Assembly (NCBI GenBank): GCA_963775805.1
Contig: CAVZKG010000005.1
Span: forward strand, 337,234 to 401,233
Length of the DNA stretch: 64,000 bases
Reading direction: 5' to 3'
From: an uncultured Verrucomicrobiae bacterium
GTDB lineage: Bacteria; Verrucomicrobiota; Verrucomicrobiia; Chthoniobacterales; JAFAMB01
Positions 1-8,032 of the stretch are shown here, one piece after another. Made by a program: the position numbers and the translations under genes. The notes under the pieces were generated by a model. That model ran no database searches. It was not told where the DNA came from and saw only the letters and a list, made by a program, of their open reading frames with translations. Numbering within the stretch: the stretch's first letter is position 1; every line of letters begins with the position of its first letter.

Positions 1-920
1 CTCCAATCTTCACGGAAATGAAGGCGCAGGGCAAAGGATCAAGAGCGCCGCTCCGTGACAGTTTCCTGACGTTGCCGAACGCAAAATATGTCTGGCTCGC
101 GTTATTCGGCGCGACTGCAGGCCAGGGAGTCGTCTGGTACACGGGACAGTTTCATGCCTTGTTCTTCCTTCAGAATGCATTGAGCCTCAAAGACTACACC
201 ACGGCTTATACATTGATCGCCGTTGCATTGCTGTTGGGGACTCCGTTCTTTGTGTTTTTTGGCTGGCTTTCGGATCGGATCGGACGCAAGCACATCATCA
301 TGGCCGGATGTCTTCTGGCCGCGTTGACCTATTTCCCACTTTTTCACCAGCTCACGAAATATGTTAATCCCGCCCTTGCTGATGCCCTCAAGAGCTCGCC
401 GATCGTGGTCTCTGCCTCGGAGGGGCCTGATCTTGAAAAGGTCAAGACAGATCTAAATACGCGTGGGTACTCCTTCTCTGTGAAACCGCCTGAGGCCGCC
501 GGTGGAATCAGCTTTTCAATAGGTTCCACACAGGTCCAAGGGTATGAACCCAAGGCACTCGGTACGGCCTTGGCGGCTGCCGGTTATCCCAAGGTGGCGG
601 ACCCCGCGAAAATCAACTACCCGGGAGCGATCGTGGTTCTCTTTATTCTCGTTATTTACGTGACAATGGTCTACGCGCCGATCGCGGCGTTCCTGGTGGA
701 GCTGTTCCCAACTCAGATTCGGTACACTTCAATGTCGTTCCCCTACCATATCGGAAACGGGATATTTGGCGGACTTTTACCGTTCATCGCTGCGGCGGTG
801 AGTGTCGCGACCGGGAATATTTACGCTGGGTTGTGGTACCCGATTATAGTTGCGCTCGCGACGTTCATTATCGGCATGCTGTTTCTCCGCGAAACGAAGG
901 ATCGCGATATCCGGGCGTAG
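1..920 (+). CDS. MFS transporter, metabolite:H+ symporter (ProP/MHS-like), 5'-truncated by window edge
   Basis: The frame of ORF 18..920 stays open back to base 3 (PIFTE before the first Met), so the gene starts outside the window. Multiple hydrophobic TM segments and the MFS loop motif GWLSDRIGRK. A roughly 90-aa soluble insert lies between the TM blocks. Confidence 0.75.
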   Translation, partial: PIFTEMKAQGKGSRAPLRDSFLTLPNAKYVWLALFGATAGQGVVWYTGQFHALFFLQNALSLKDYTTAYTLIAVALLLGTPFFVFFGWLSDRIGRKHIIMAGCLLAALTYFPLFHQLTKYVNPALADALKSSPIVVSASEGPDLEKVKTDLNTRGYSFSVKPPEAAGGISFSIGSTQVQGYEPKALGTALAAAGYPKVADPAKINYPGAIVVLFILVIYVTMVYAPIAAFLVELFPTQIRYTSMSFPYHIGNGIFGGLLPFIAAAVSVATGNIYAGLWYPIIVALATFIIGMLFLRETKDRDIRA

Positions 921-1086
921 GCAGTTGAGGCGACTCAGCAGAAATAGCCCACCCGCAGGACGCGTATGCTGCTTTACTTGGCGACGTTGCAGCGTTTCTC
1001 GGACAATTCGACGCTTCTGCGGTCCCGTCCTGTCTCAAAACTATGGGTAGCGCAATTCACGCAACTATCTTATCAGTGATTTGCGT

Positions 1087-1980
1087 ATGAAGATTTTGGC
1101 TTATTCGAAGTGGGATGTATTACCAGTCCTCTGCGGGTTTTTGCATTTTGCGTACGTCCTCACGTTATTCGCGCTTTTCCCGATTGCTCCCTGGTGGGTA
1201 CTCGGTGTGATGGGGATTGTCTATTCGATCAGCATCTCCTGGAACATCAACGGGATTTCGCACAACTTCATACACAATCCCTATTTCACGTGGCACCCGT
1301 TGAATCGTTTGTTCGCGTTGATTGAGTCCCTCTCCCTGGGATTCTCGCAAACCTTCTATAAGTATGTGCATCACCGGCATCACATGGGGAACAGCGACAA
1401 GCCAGACGAGCAAGGTGAAACGGTGGACTGGCTATCGATTTACCGCCACGGACACGACGGTGAAGCGGAAAACGTCTGGAGTTATATCTTCCTGAGCTAT
1501 ATGCGCGATGATCCGAAGGCAATTTTTCTCGAGATCAAGCGCAAGAGCAAATTCGAGGCGTACTGGGGGGTATTCGAGATCGTTGCTTTCCTTAGTTTCT
1601 TTGTTTTGATGGGGGTATTGAACTGGAAGTTCATCATTTACTTCTTGCCATTCTACTATCTAGGCCATTGCCTCTCTTATCTGAACGGCTATTTCCTGCA
1701 TTTCGGAGGAAACCCGGATAAACCGATTGCCTGGGGTGTGAGCTCTTATGAAAAGATCTACAATGCGATCTGGTTTAATAACGGATACCACGCCGAACAT
1801 CATTTCCGTCCAAAATTGCACTGGACCAAGATGAAGAATCTCCACGAGCAGATCGCGGAACAGCAATTGAAAGAGGGCACCCGCGTGATCAAGCCTCCGC
1901 ACGCATTGGCGTTCCTGGATCCGTCGCTTCCGGCGAAGAGCACACCGCTAGTTCCTGCCCAAGAGGCGCACAGGTCCTGA
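1087..1980 (+). CDS. Membrane di-iron fatty-acid desaturase/hydroxylase family protein
   Basis: Three His boxes (HNFIHN, HHRHH, HAEHH) with hydrophobic segments between them. The ATG at 1087 lies two codons inside the TTG-initiated ORF at 1081. Confidence 0.8.
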   Translation: MKILAYSKWDVLPVLCGFLHFAYVLTLFALFPIAPWWVLGVMGIVYSISISWNINGISHNFIHNPYFTWHPLNRLFALIESLSLGFSQTFYKYVHHRHHMGNSDKPDEQGETVDWLSIYRHGHDGEAENVWSYIFLSYMRDDPKAIFLEIKRKSKFEAYWGVFEIVAFLSFFVLMGVLNWKFIIYFLPFYYLGHCLSYLNGYFLHFGGNPDKPIAWGVSSYEKIYNAIWFNNGYHAEHHFRPKLHWTKMKNLHEQIAEQQLKEGTRVIKPPHALAFLDPSLPAKSTPLVPAQEAHRS

Positions 1981-2070
1981 CTGCCGATTCCTAGACCCAC
2001 ACTTCTCACGTCTCCGTGCGAAATGCGCACCGAGTGCCGACATTAGTCGGGGCAAGCCCCAAAGACCCGC

Positions 2071-2439
2071 TTAAAATACCGCAACCAGACTAATCCCGAT
2101 TGCGATCAGGAACGAGGCCAACCAGGCGCGGGCCGTGATTCTTTCTGAAAGAAAAAGCCCGGATGCAAGCGCCACGAGGAGCGGGCTGACTCCTTCGAAC
2201 GCGAACAAGCGGTTCAATTCGAAAATGCGCATCAAGTGCAGCCACAAAAAAAACCATGTGGCCATCGAAGTAATCCCGATCGCATACCACGCCGCGCGCA
2301 CTGGTCCGCTTGCAATCGGTTTGTGGTCGGAGCCGGACGCGTGTTTCAGACAGACTTCGCCGGCAGCCAACGCGAGCTGGGAAAAAACCAGCATTACGAG
2401 ACTGGATAAAGTCATCATTGTGACGGGCAGACTATTCAT
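2071..2439 (-). CDS. Half-size EamA/DMT-type (4-TM) transporter subunit
   Basis: 122 aa, almost entirely hydrophobic helices. Overlaps the upstream paralogous 157-aa subunit by 8 nt, an ArnE/ArnF-like paired arrangement. Confidence 0.6.
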   Translation of the reverse strand: MNSLPVTMMTLSSLVMLVFSQLALAAGEVCLKHASGSDHKPIASGPVRAAWYAIGITSMATWFFLWLHLMRIFELNRLFAFEGVSPLLVALASGLFLSERITARAWLASFLIAIGISLVAVF

Positions 2440-2905
2440 GCGAAAACGCCAACATCACGATTCCTCCCAGAATAAAGAGCATTCCCACGAGTCGCCCGAT
2501 CGGAATTATCTCGTGTAGGACGAGCAAACAGGCCAAAGGAACCAGCAGATGCACCGAGGACGACAAGCCATAGGCCAGGTGAAGCGGCAGTCGCGGAAGC
2601 GCCGCGAGCCATAAGGATAGACTGCCGATGTACGCGACGATGCCCAAAATCACCCATCCGTTGAAGAGGGTCGAGAGGAATGAGATCGACCCCGGGAAAA
2701 TCACGGTGGGCGGCTGGGTTGCACCAATTTTGAGCAGCAACTCCGCAAACGTGGACAAAATCGCGTTGAGAAGGACCAAACCGATCGGAAACCATTGCAC
2801 TGCAATAAAGCGTCGCCCCTGTAGCCCGGTCGGGGTACGCTCGAGAATGTTAGTTGCAGATTTGCCGCTCTTCGCCATTATCCGGTTTGCATTTTGCTGA
2901 CGCAC
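2432..2905 (-). CDS. Half-size EamA/DMT-type transporter subunit
   Basis: 157 aa with 4 predicted TM helices (FAELLLKIGA..., WVILGIVAYIGSLSLWLAAL...). Translationally coupled to 2071..2439. Alternative start at 2878. Confidence 0.6.
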   Translation of the reverse strand: MRQQNANRIMAKSGKSATNILERTPTGLQGRRFIAVQWFPIGLVLLNAILSTFAELLLKIGATQPPTVIFPGSISFLSTLFNGWVILGIVAYIGSLSLWLAALPRLPLHLAYGLSSSVHLLVPLACLLVLHEIIPIGRLVGMLFILGGIVMLAFSHE

Positions 2906-2962
2906 CGCTTCAGGCCGCAGTGCTTGATTACTGTCAGCGGACAGCTAAATGATTTTTACGAC

Positions 2963-4207
2963 ATGCAGCCTTCAGGTTCTTCAATAACAGGGACAGATAC
3001 CCAAACCAAGCCTGGCCTCTCGGCGTCAGACGCTTCTTCTGTTCATATCTGTATTGAAACCACGTTTGGGTCAGCCGTCGTAGCCGATTCTGTTCCTAGT
3101 GAAGATTACAACGTTTGGGTTGCCGGATTGGACCAGTCTCCTCTGGACCACCGGTATTATGAGATTGTACACGAATCGCTAAAGGATCAATTTGCGCATT
3201 ATTATCTATTGCTGAAAGACGATACTGGGAGGACCCGGGCTATACAACCGTTCCTGATCGTAAGTCAAGATCTCGCAACAGGGATGCCTCCAGTGGTTCG
3301 TGGATTGCTGGCCCGGATCCGAAGCCATTTTCCGGGATTTCTCAAATTGCGGATGCTCATGGTCGGGTCTTCCGCAGGGGAAGGGGATATCGTTTTGGAC
3401 CTGAGAAGCCGGGATATTGCATGGACTATCGACGCGTTACAGAAGAGCCTGGTGGCATCCGCACGCCGTCTAAAGGCAATGCTGATCGTATTTAAGGACT
3501 ATCCGAAATCGTATCGTGAATCGCTCGATCGATTGCGACAATTCGGTTATACGCGTGTGCCCAGCATGCCGGCAACAAGACTGGAGCTTGATTTTAACGA
3601 TTTCGACGATTTTCTGAAATCACGCATCAGCTACACGATGCGGAAAAACTTACGGCGGAAATTTCGCAAAACGGAGGGCGAACATCAAACTGAGTTCGAG
3701 GTCCTCAACGACATAACCCCCTTCGTCGACGAGATTCACCCGCTCTATCGGCAGACTTTGGGCCGATCGGAGCTCAAGTTCGAAGAATTGACCAAATCAT
3801 ACTGGTGCAATCTCGGGCGTCGAATGAACGACCGCGCACGGTTTTTTATTTGGCGTCAAGGGGGCAAGATCGTGGCATTTGCGTCGACCATTGTGCACAA
3901 GAACGTACTCCGGGATAACTATATCGGACTCGATTACTCAGTTGCGCTCGAGTATCACCTTTATTTTGTCACGCTGAGAGACACGATTGTATGGGCTCTC
4001 AAAAACGGTATTAAGACCTATCACAGTGCACCGTTGAACTACGATCCAAAGTATCATTTTCGAATGGACCTGGAACCACTTGATCTCTATGTGCGTGCGC
4101 CAAACAGGTTTTTGAATCCTCTCTTTAAGCGAATCCTGCCATTGCTGGAGCCGACTCGGTACGACCCGGTTGTTCGAAAGTTCTCGAATGCAAATGAACT
4201 ATGGTAA
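2963..4207 (+). CDS. GNAT-fold acyltransferase, FemAB/BioF2-like (Acetyltransf_6-type)
   Basis: About 414 aa from the ATG at 2963; the ORF-track start at 2894 is TTG and would overlap the divergent gene. The C-terminal half (FIWRQGGKIVAFASTIVHKNVLRDNYIGLDY...YHLYFVTLRDTIVWALKNGIKTYH) resembles the FemAB-like GNAT core. Confidence 0.5.
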   Translation: MQPSGSSITGTDTQTKPGLSASDASSVHICIETTFGSAVVADSVPSEDYNVWVAGLDQSPLDHRYYEIVHESLKDQFAHYYLLLKDDTGRTRAIQPFLIVSQDLATGMPPVVRGLLARIRSHFPGFLKLRMLMVGSSAGEGDIVLDLRSRDIAWTIDALQKSLVASARRLKAMLIVFKDYPKSYRESLDRLRQFGYTRVPSMPATRLELDFNDFDDFLKSRISYTMRKNLRRKFRKTEGEHQTEFEVLNDITPFVDEIHPLYRQTLGRSELKFEELTKSYWCNLGRRMNDRARFFIWRQGGKIVAFASTIVHKNVLRDNYIGLDYSVALEYHLYFVTLRDTIVWALKNGIKTYHSAPLNYDPKYHFRMDLEPLDLYVRAPNRFLNPLFKRILPLLEPTRYDPVVRKFSNANELW

Positions 4208-5090
4208 GGGATCCAATCCGCAGACGAAGACGTCAGAAACCATCCGGCTTCGACTGGATGACGCCTGGGATTTCAAGTTCTCGCCTTCATTCAAAGCCCC
4301 CTTGGTTGTGGATGCATCATCCTTTGGCCCCTCGTTGCGGTTTATAACAAAGAAACGTTCGATTGAATCGTTTTTTGGCGAGTTCCGGGACAAATTTTGT
4401 CCATTTATCATGTCTGGGTCAGGGGACTTTCATCATCTGACTCCTCTGTTTGTCCGGCAAATCAAGGAGAACTTCGCGATCGTATCGTTTGACAATCATC
4501 CTGACTGGGATGTGCGTCCACCCTACTGGTCGTGCGGCGCGTGGGTGAATCGAGCCCTTGAAAATCCGCTGATCCAAAAAGTCGCAGTTTGGGGTTGTGG
4601 CAGCTTCGAGTGCACTTTCCCATGGCGCCTGCTCGGAAATCGACTGGCTTGCCGCTCAGATCGCCTATGGATTGCTCCATGGCAAAGCGAAGGGAAGGAT
4701 TACCCATCGTGGTTGCATCCGGTCTTATCGGGGAATTGGCAGACTCATTTCACAAGATTTGTCGAATCAATCCGAAGTCTCCCTGTTTACGTCACTGTGG
4801 ACCTTGATTGCCTCAGCGAAGAGGAATCAGTCACAAATTGGGAGAATGGGCGGTATGCGGTCTCGGATATTGTATGGGCGTTGACGCTTCTTAGGCAAAA
4901 TGTGCGAATTATCGGCGGGGATCTCTGCGGAGCGCTATCGACATCCCGGTACGGATCGCGTTTTCAATCTGTTGCAGGACGTTTTGATCATCCCCGTCCG
5001 CGCGCTGTATCGGAAGAGGCGCGTCGCACAATTAACATGCGAGCGCTGGAGTCGATCTGGCCCTGTCTAATTGGGGAGTCGCTGTCGTAA
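4188..5090 (+). CDS. Arginase/ureohydrolase-fold family protein
   Basis: Motifs in the canonical order of the binuclear-metal arginase fold: SGDFHHLT (GGDHS-like), FDNHPDWD (DAHxD-like), VTVDLDCLS (SxDxD-like), GGDLCG. The start overlaps the upstream stop. Confidence 0.55.
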   Translation: MQMNYGKGSNPQTKTSETIRLRLDDAWDFKFSPSFKAPLVVDASSFGPSLRFITKKRSIESFFGEFRDKFCPFIMSGSGDFHHLTPLFVRQIKENFAIVSFDNHPDWDVRPPYWSCGAWVNRALENPLIQKVAVWGCGSFECTFPWRLLGNRLACRSDRLWIAPWQSEGKDYPSWLHPVLSGNWQTHFTRFVESIRSLPVYVTVDLDCLSEEESVTNWENGRYAVSDIVWALTLLRQNVRIIGGDLCGALSTSRYGSRFQSVAGRFDHPRPRAVSEEARRTINMRALESIWPCLIGESLS

Positions 5091-5326
5091 TGCCGGAATC
5101 GCTTCGACGATGTTTCGATAACGCATTCTGAAGCCGTTTTCAGAGGCCAAAGCCGTCAAGAAGGGAGACCTGAATTTTATTTTGGAATAACAGGTCCGGG
5201 CCTGCATCTACCTATATGCAAACGGGCGCACAGTTAAGAGACCAGACGTTTGATCGTCTTCTTAAAACAGCTGTGCTGTTGCGAAGGTGACCAGACACCA
5301 ACTATAAAAACTAGAAAGAGTTAAAG

Positions 5327-5599
5327 ATGATTAGACCATCCAAAGCAGTGATTGCAGGCGCGGCGGTCGCCGGCCTTATGACAGGTTCCTTTGCGGTTCG
5401 TGCTTATGCCGCGAGTACTACCACCTCCCACGCTGGTGTAGCGCTGCAGACCCTGGCAGACACTGAGAAAGGCAAACATGGGTGTAAAGGGCAGAACGAA
5501 TGCAAAGGTCAAGGCGGTTGCAAGACAAGCGATGCCGGTTGCAAAGGCAAAAACTCTTGCAAAGGCAAAGGAGGCTGCGCGACCAATAAGGGTGCCTAG
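5327..5599 (+). CDS. bufA: Bufferin-type RiPP precursor: Sec signal peptide plus 6-Cys Lys/Gly-rich core
   Basis: 90 aa. N-terminal signal (MIRPSKAVIAGAAVAGLMTGSFAVRAYA|AS). Core is GCKGQNECKGQGGCKTSDAGCKGKNSCKGKGGC, with six Cys spaced C-x5-C-x5-C-x6-C-x5-C-x5-C. Lies directly upstream of DUF692/DUF2063/DoxX genes. Confidence 0.8.
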   Translation: MIRPSKAVIAGAAVAGLMTGSFAVRAYAASTTTSHAGVALQTLADTEKGKHGCKGQNECKGQGGCKTSDAGCKGKNSCKGKGGCATNKGA

Positions 5600-5747
5600 T
5601 CCGATAGCCCCCTTGAAGTCTGTTTGGCCGGCTTTCTCGCTGGCCATCGACAATCAACTCGGGGAGGGTGTTCTCGCGCGGCGATATGTGCCGGCCCCAT
5701 TCCTCCTCGAAAGCCGAAAGCCAGTTTGTTAGAAAGTTATTAGGAAT

Positions 5748-6599
5748 ATGCCCGCTAACGCTTTTAACGGATACACGGAATATGGCATAGGCATTGGTTT
5801 GCGAGTGCCGCATTATCGCCACATTCTCGCGAAGAAGCCTGTTGTTGATTGGTTCGAGATCATCTCCGAGAATTTCATGGTCGATGGTGGTCGACCGCTC
5901 GAAGTGCTCGACACGATCCTCGAACAGTATCGAGTGGTCCAGCACGGGGTAGCAATCTACTTCGGTTCAGCTGACAAGTTTGACCGCGAGCATCTCAAGC
6001 GGCTCAAACGACTCGTTAAATACACGAAGACCCCGTGGCTTTCTGACCATCTTTGCTGGGGCAGTGTCGACGGCCGTTACACGCATGACCTGTTGCCAAT
6101 GCCGTACACCTTTTCAGTGGCGCACCACACCGCGCAGAAAATCAAAGAGGCGCGTGATTTTCTTGAAGTCCCCATCTGCGTCGAGAACGTGAGCAGCTAC
6201 GCCGAATATCATGCTTCGGAAATGACCGAATGGGAGTTTCTCAGTGAGGTGGTTGAACAGGCGGATTGCGGCATTCTACTGGACGTGAATAACATTTACG
6301 TTTCGTCGCAAAATCACAGCTTCGATCCGTACGATTATCTAAATAACATTCCCCATCAACGGGTGGGCCAGATCCATATTGCTGGTCATTCCAAATTCGA
6401 AAAGTATATACTCGATACGCATGATCACCCGGTGCTTGATCCGGTCTGGAAGATGTATGCCCATGCGATGAAACAGGTAGGAAATACTGCCACGCTGCTC
6501 GAGTGGGATGATCGCATCCCGTCGTTTGACGAGGTTCATAATGAAGCGCTCAAAGCCAATCAATTCCGGGACAAGCAGCTCATTGCGGCCGCCAAATAA
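5748..6599 (+). CDS. bufB: DUF692 multinuclear non-heme iron oxidative (MNIO) enzyme, MbnB/BufB-like
   Basis: 283 aa with typical DUF692 blocks: GIGLRVPHY, DWFEIISENF, VVQHGV, PWLSDHLCW, ENVSSY, LLDVNNIYV, IHIAGH, DTHDHPV, TLLEWD. Confidence 0.9.
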   Translation: MPANAFNGYTEYGIGIGLRVPHYRHILAKKPVVDWFEIISENFMVDGGRPLEVLDTILEQYRVVQHGVAIYFGSADKFDREHLKRLKRLVKYTKTPWLSDHLCWGSVDGRYTHDLLPMPYTFSVAHHTAQKIKEARDFLEVPICVENVSSYAEYHASEMTEWEFLSEVVEQADCGILLDVNNIYVSSQNHSFDPYDYLNNIPHQRVGQIHIAGHSKFEKYILDTHDHPVLDPVWKMYAHAMKQVGNTATLLEWDDRIPSFDEVHNEALKANQFRDKQLIAAAK

Positions 6600-7503
6600 A
6601 ATCAGTTCACACGCTGAGCTGAAAGAGTTGCAGCGCGTGATGGTTCAAGCGCTGTTTCGTCCCCTTACACCTCAATGGGGAATGCAGAAGCGGTGGACCG
6701 ACGGCACTCCAATGATATCGGTCGCTTCGGAGTTTATTAAGCCGAATGACCGGCTGACTTCGTTCGAGCGTCTTGAAATCTACAACCGTCAATACTGGTA
6801 TCGAGTTCTTGACTGTCTCTACGACGACTACCCGGGGCTGCGCGCAATCGTCGGGGAGCGGAAGTTTATGAAGCTCGCGAAAGCGTATCTGACACGTCAT
6901 CCGTCGGAATCGTACACGCTTCGCAATCTCGGAAATCGGCTCGAACAATTTCTGAGGGACGAGCCTGACTGGTGTGCTCCCAGAGAAGAACTGGCCATCG
7001 ACATGGTTCGATTTGAGTGGGCGCAGGTGGTCGCGTTTGACGGACCTTCTAAGGAGCCGCTCACCCCGGATGATATCCTCGATACCCCTCCATCCAAGTT
7101 AAAGCTTGCCCTTCAACCGTATATTTCGCTGTTGGAATTGAATTTTGCGGTGGACGATTTTCTGATCGCCGTTAAGAAACAGGAAACAGACGGACTTCGT
7201 GGCGAAGCGAGTAACGCGAAGAATGCTGCACCAAAAGCGAGCGGGCGCCGGAAACGGGTTCGGTTCCCGAAGCGGGAGAATATTTATCTCGCCGTTCACC
7301 GGCACGACAACGTCCTCTACTACAAACGCCTCGAACAAGAGGAATATGCCATCTTGAAGTCACTCGACCAGGGAGTGACGGTGGAAGACGCGTGCCTCGA
7401 AGCGGTCACCTTAAGTAAAAGAACAAACGTCGACTGGCCTGCGGAAATCAAGCAATGGTTTGATACCTGGTCCACGCTTGGCTGGTTCTGTCACCGATCA
7501 TGA
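6541..7503 (+). CDS. bufC: DUF2063 partner protein of the MNIO enzyme (MbnC/BufC-like)
   Basis: The N-terminal ELKELQRVMVQALF block is typical of DUF2063. Follows and overlaps the DUF692 gene. Start uncertain (ATG 6541 or 6508). Confidence 0.75.
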   Translation: MKRSKPINSGTSSSLRPPNKISSHAELKELQRVMVQALFRPLTPQWGMQKRWTDGTPMISVASEFIKPNDRLTSFERLEIYNRQYWYRVLDCLYDDYPGLRAIVGERKFMKLAKAYLTRHPSESYTLRNLGNRLEQFLRDEPDWCAPREELAIDMVRFEWAQVVAFDGPSKEPLTPDDILDTPPSKLKLALQPYISLLELNFAVDDFLIAVKKQETDGLRGEASNAKNAAPKASGRRKRVRFPKRENIYLAVHRHDNVLYYKRLEQEEYAILKSLDQGVTVEDACLEAVTLSKRTNVDWPAEIKQWFDTWSTLGWFCHRS

Positions 7504-8018
7504 GTGGAATACTAAATCTGGTCCGCCGCGCTTACAGGCTCCTCGTAGCGTTCGCCAATCTGCTGCGATCCCCGTTTTTACTGGCGCTGCGCGTTTATTT
7601 CTTCTGGCAACTCTTTCAGACCGGCGAGGGCAAACTCTCGAACATTCAAAGGGTGATAGGGTTCTTCAAAAGTCTCGGAATTCCGGCTCCTCATATCAAT
7701 GCGTACTTTGTTAGTTCTCTGGAATGCTTCGGCGGTTTGCTTTTGATCGTCGGTCTAGCCTCACGTCCGATTGCGCTGATGGTCACCATTTCAATGTGTG
7801 TAGCGTATGTCAGTGCCGATCTGGAGGCCGTCGCCAGCATATTCAGCGATCCGGACAAGTTCGTAAAAGCGGATCCGTTCCCATTCCTGATGGCGGCTTT
7901 GATTGTCCTGGTTTTCGGGCCCGGATTGATCTCGATCGACGCGTTTCTACAGCGCGTGTTTGGAGAGAAACGAGAATCAGAGCTCGATTACTCGACGAAC
8001 GCGTTTTCTAAGAAATAG
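7500..8018 (+). CDS. bufD: DoxX family membrane protein
   Basis: 172 aa with 4 TM helices and the DoxX-like segment SSLECFGGLLLIVGLASRPIALMV. An ATGA start/stop overlap with the DUF2063 gene suggests translational coupling. Confidence 0.8.
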   Translation: MSGILNLVRRAYRLLVAFANLLRSPFLLALRVYFFWQLFQTGEGKLSNIQRVIGFFKSLGIPAPHINAYFVSSLECFGGLLLIVGLASRPIALMVTISMCVAYVSADLEAVASIFSDPDKFVKADPFPFLMAALIVLVFGPGLISIDAFLQRVFGEKRESELDYSTNAFSKK

Positions 8019-8032
8019 CCGGGAGATTCGCA

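Noticed and set aside
5418-5945. 175-aa minus-strand ORF spanning the precursor gene and the start of the DUF692 gene.
   Set aside because: It is antisense to two well-supported genes and has no motifs. Its Cys-rich stretch is merely the complement of the CKG repeat DNA.
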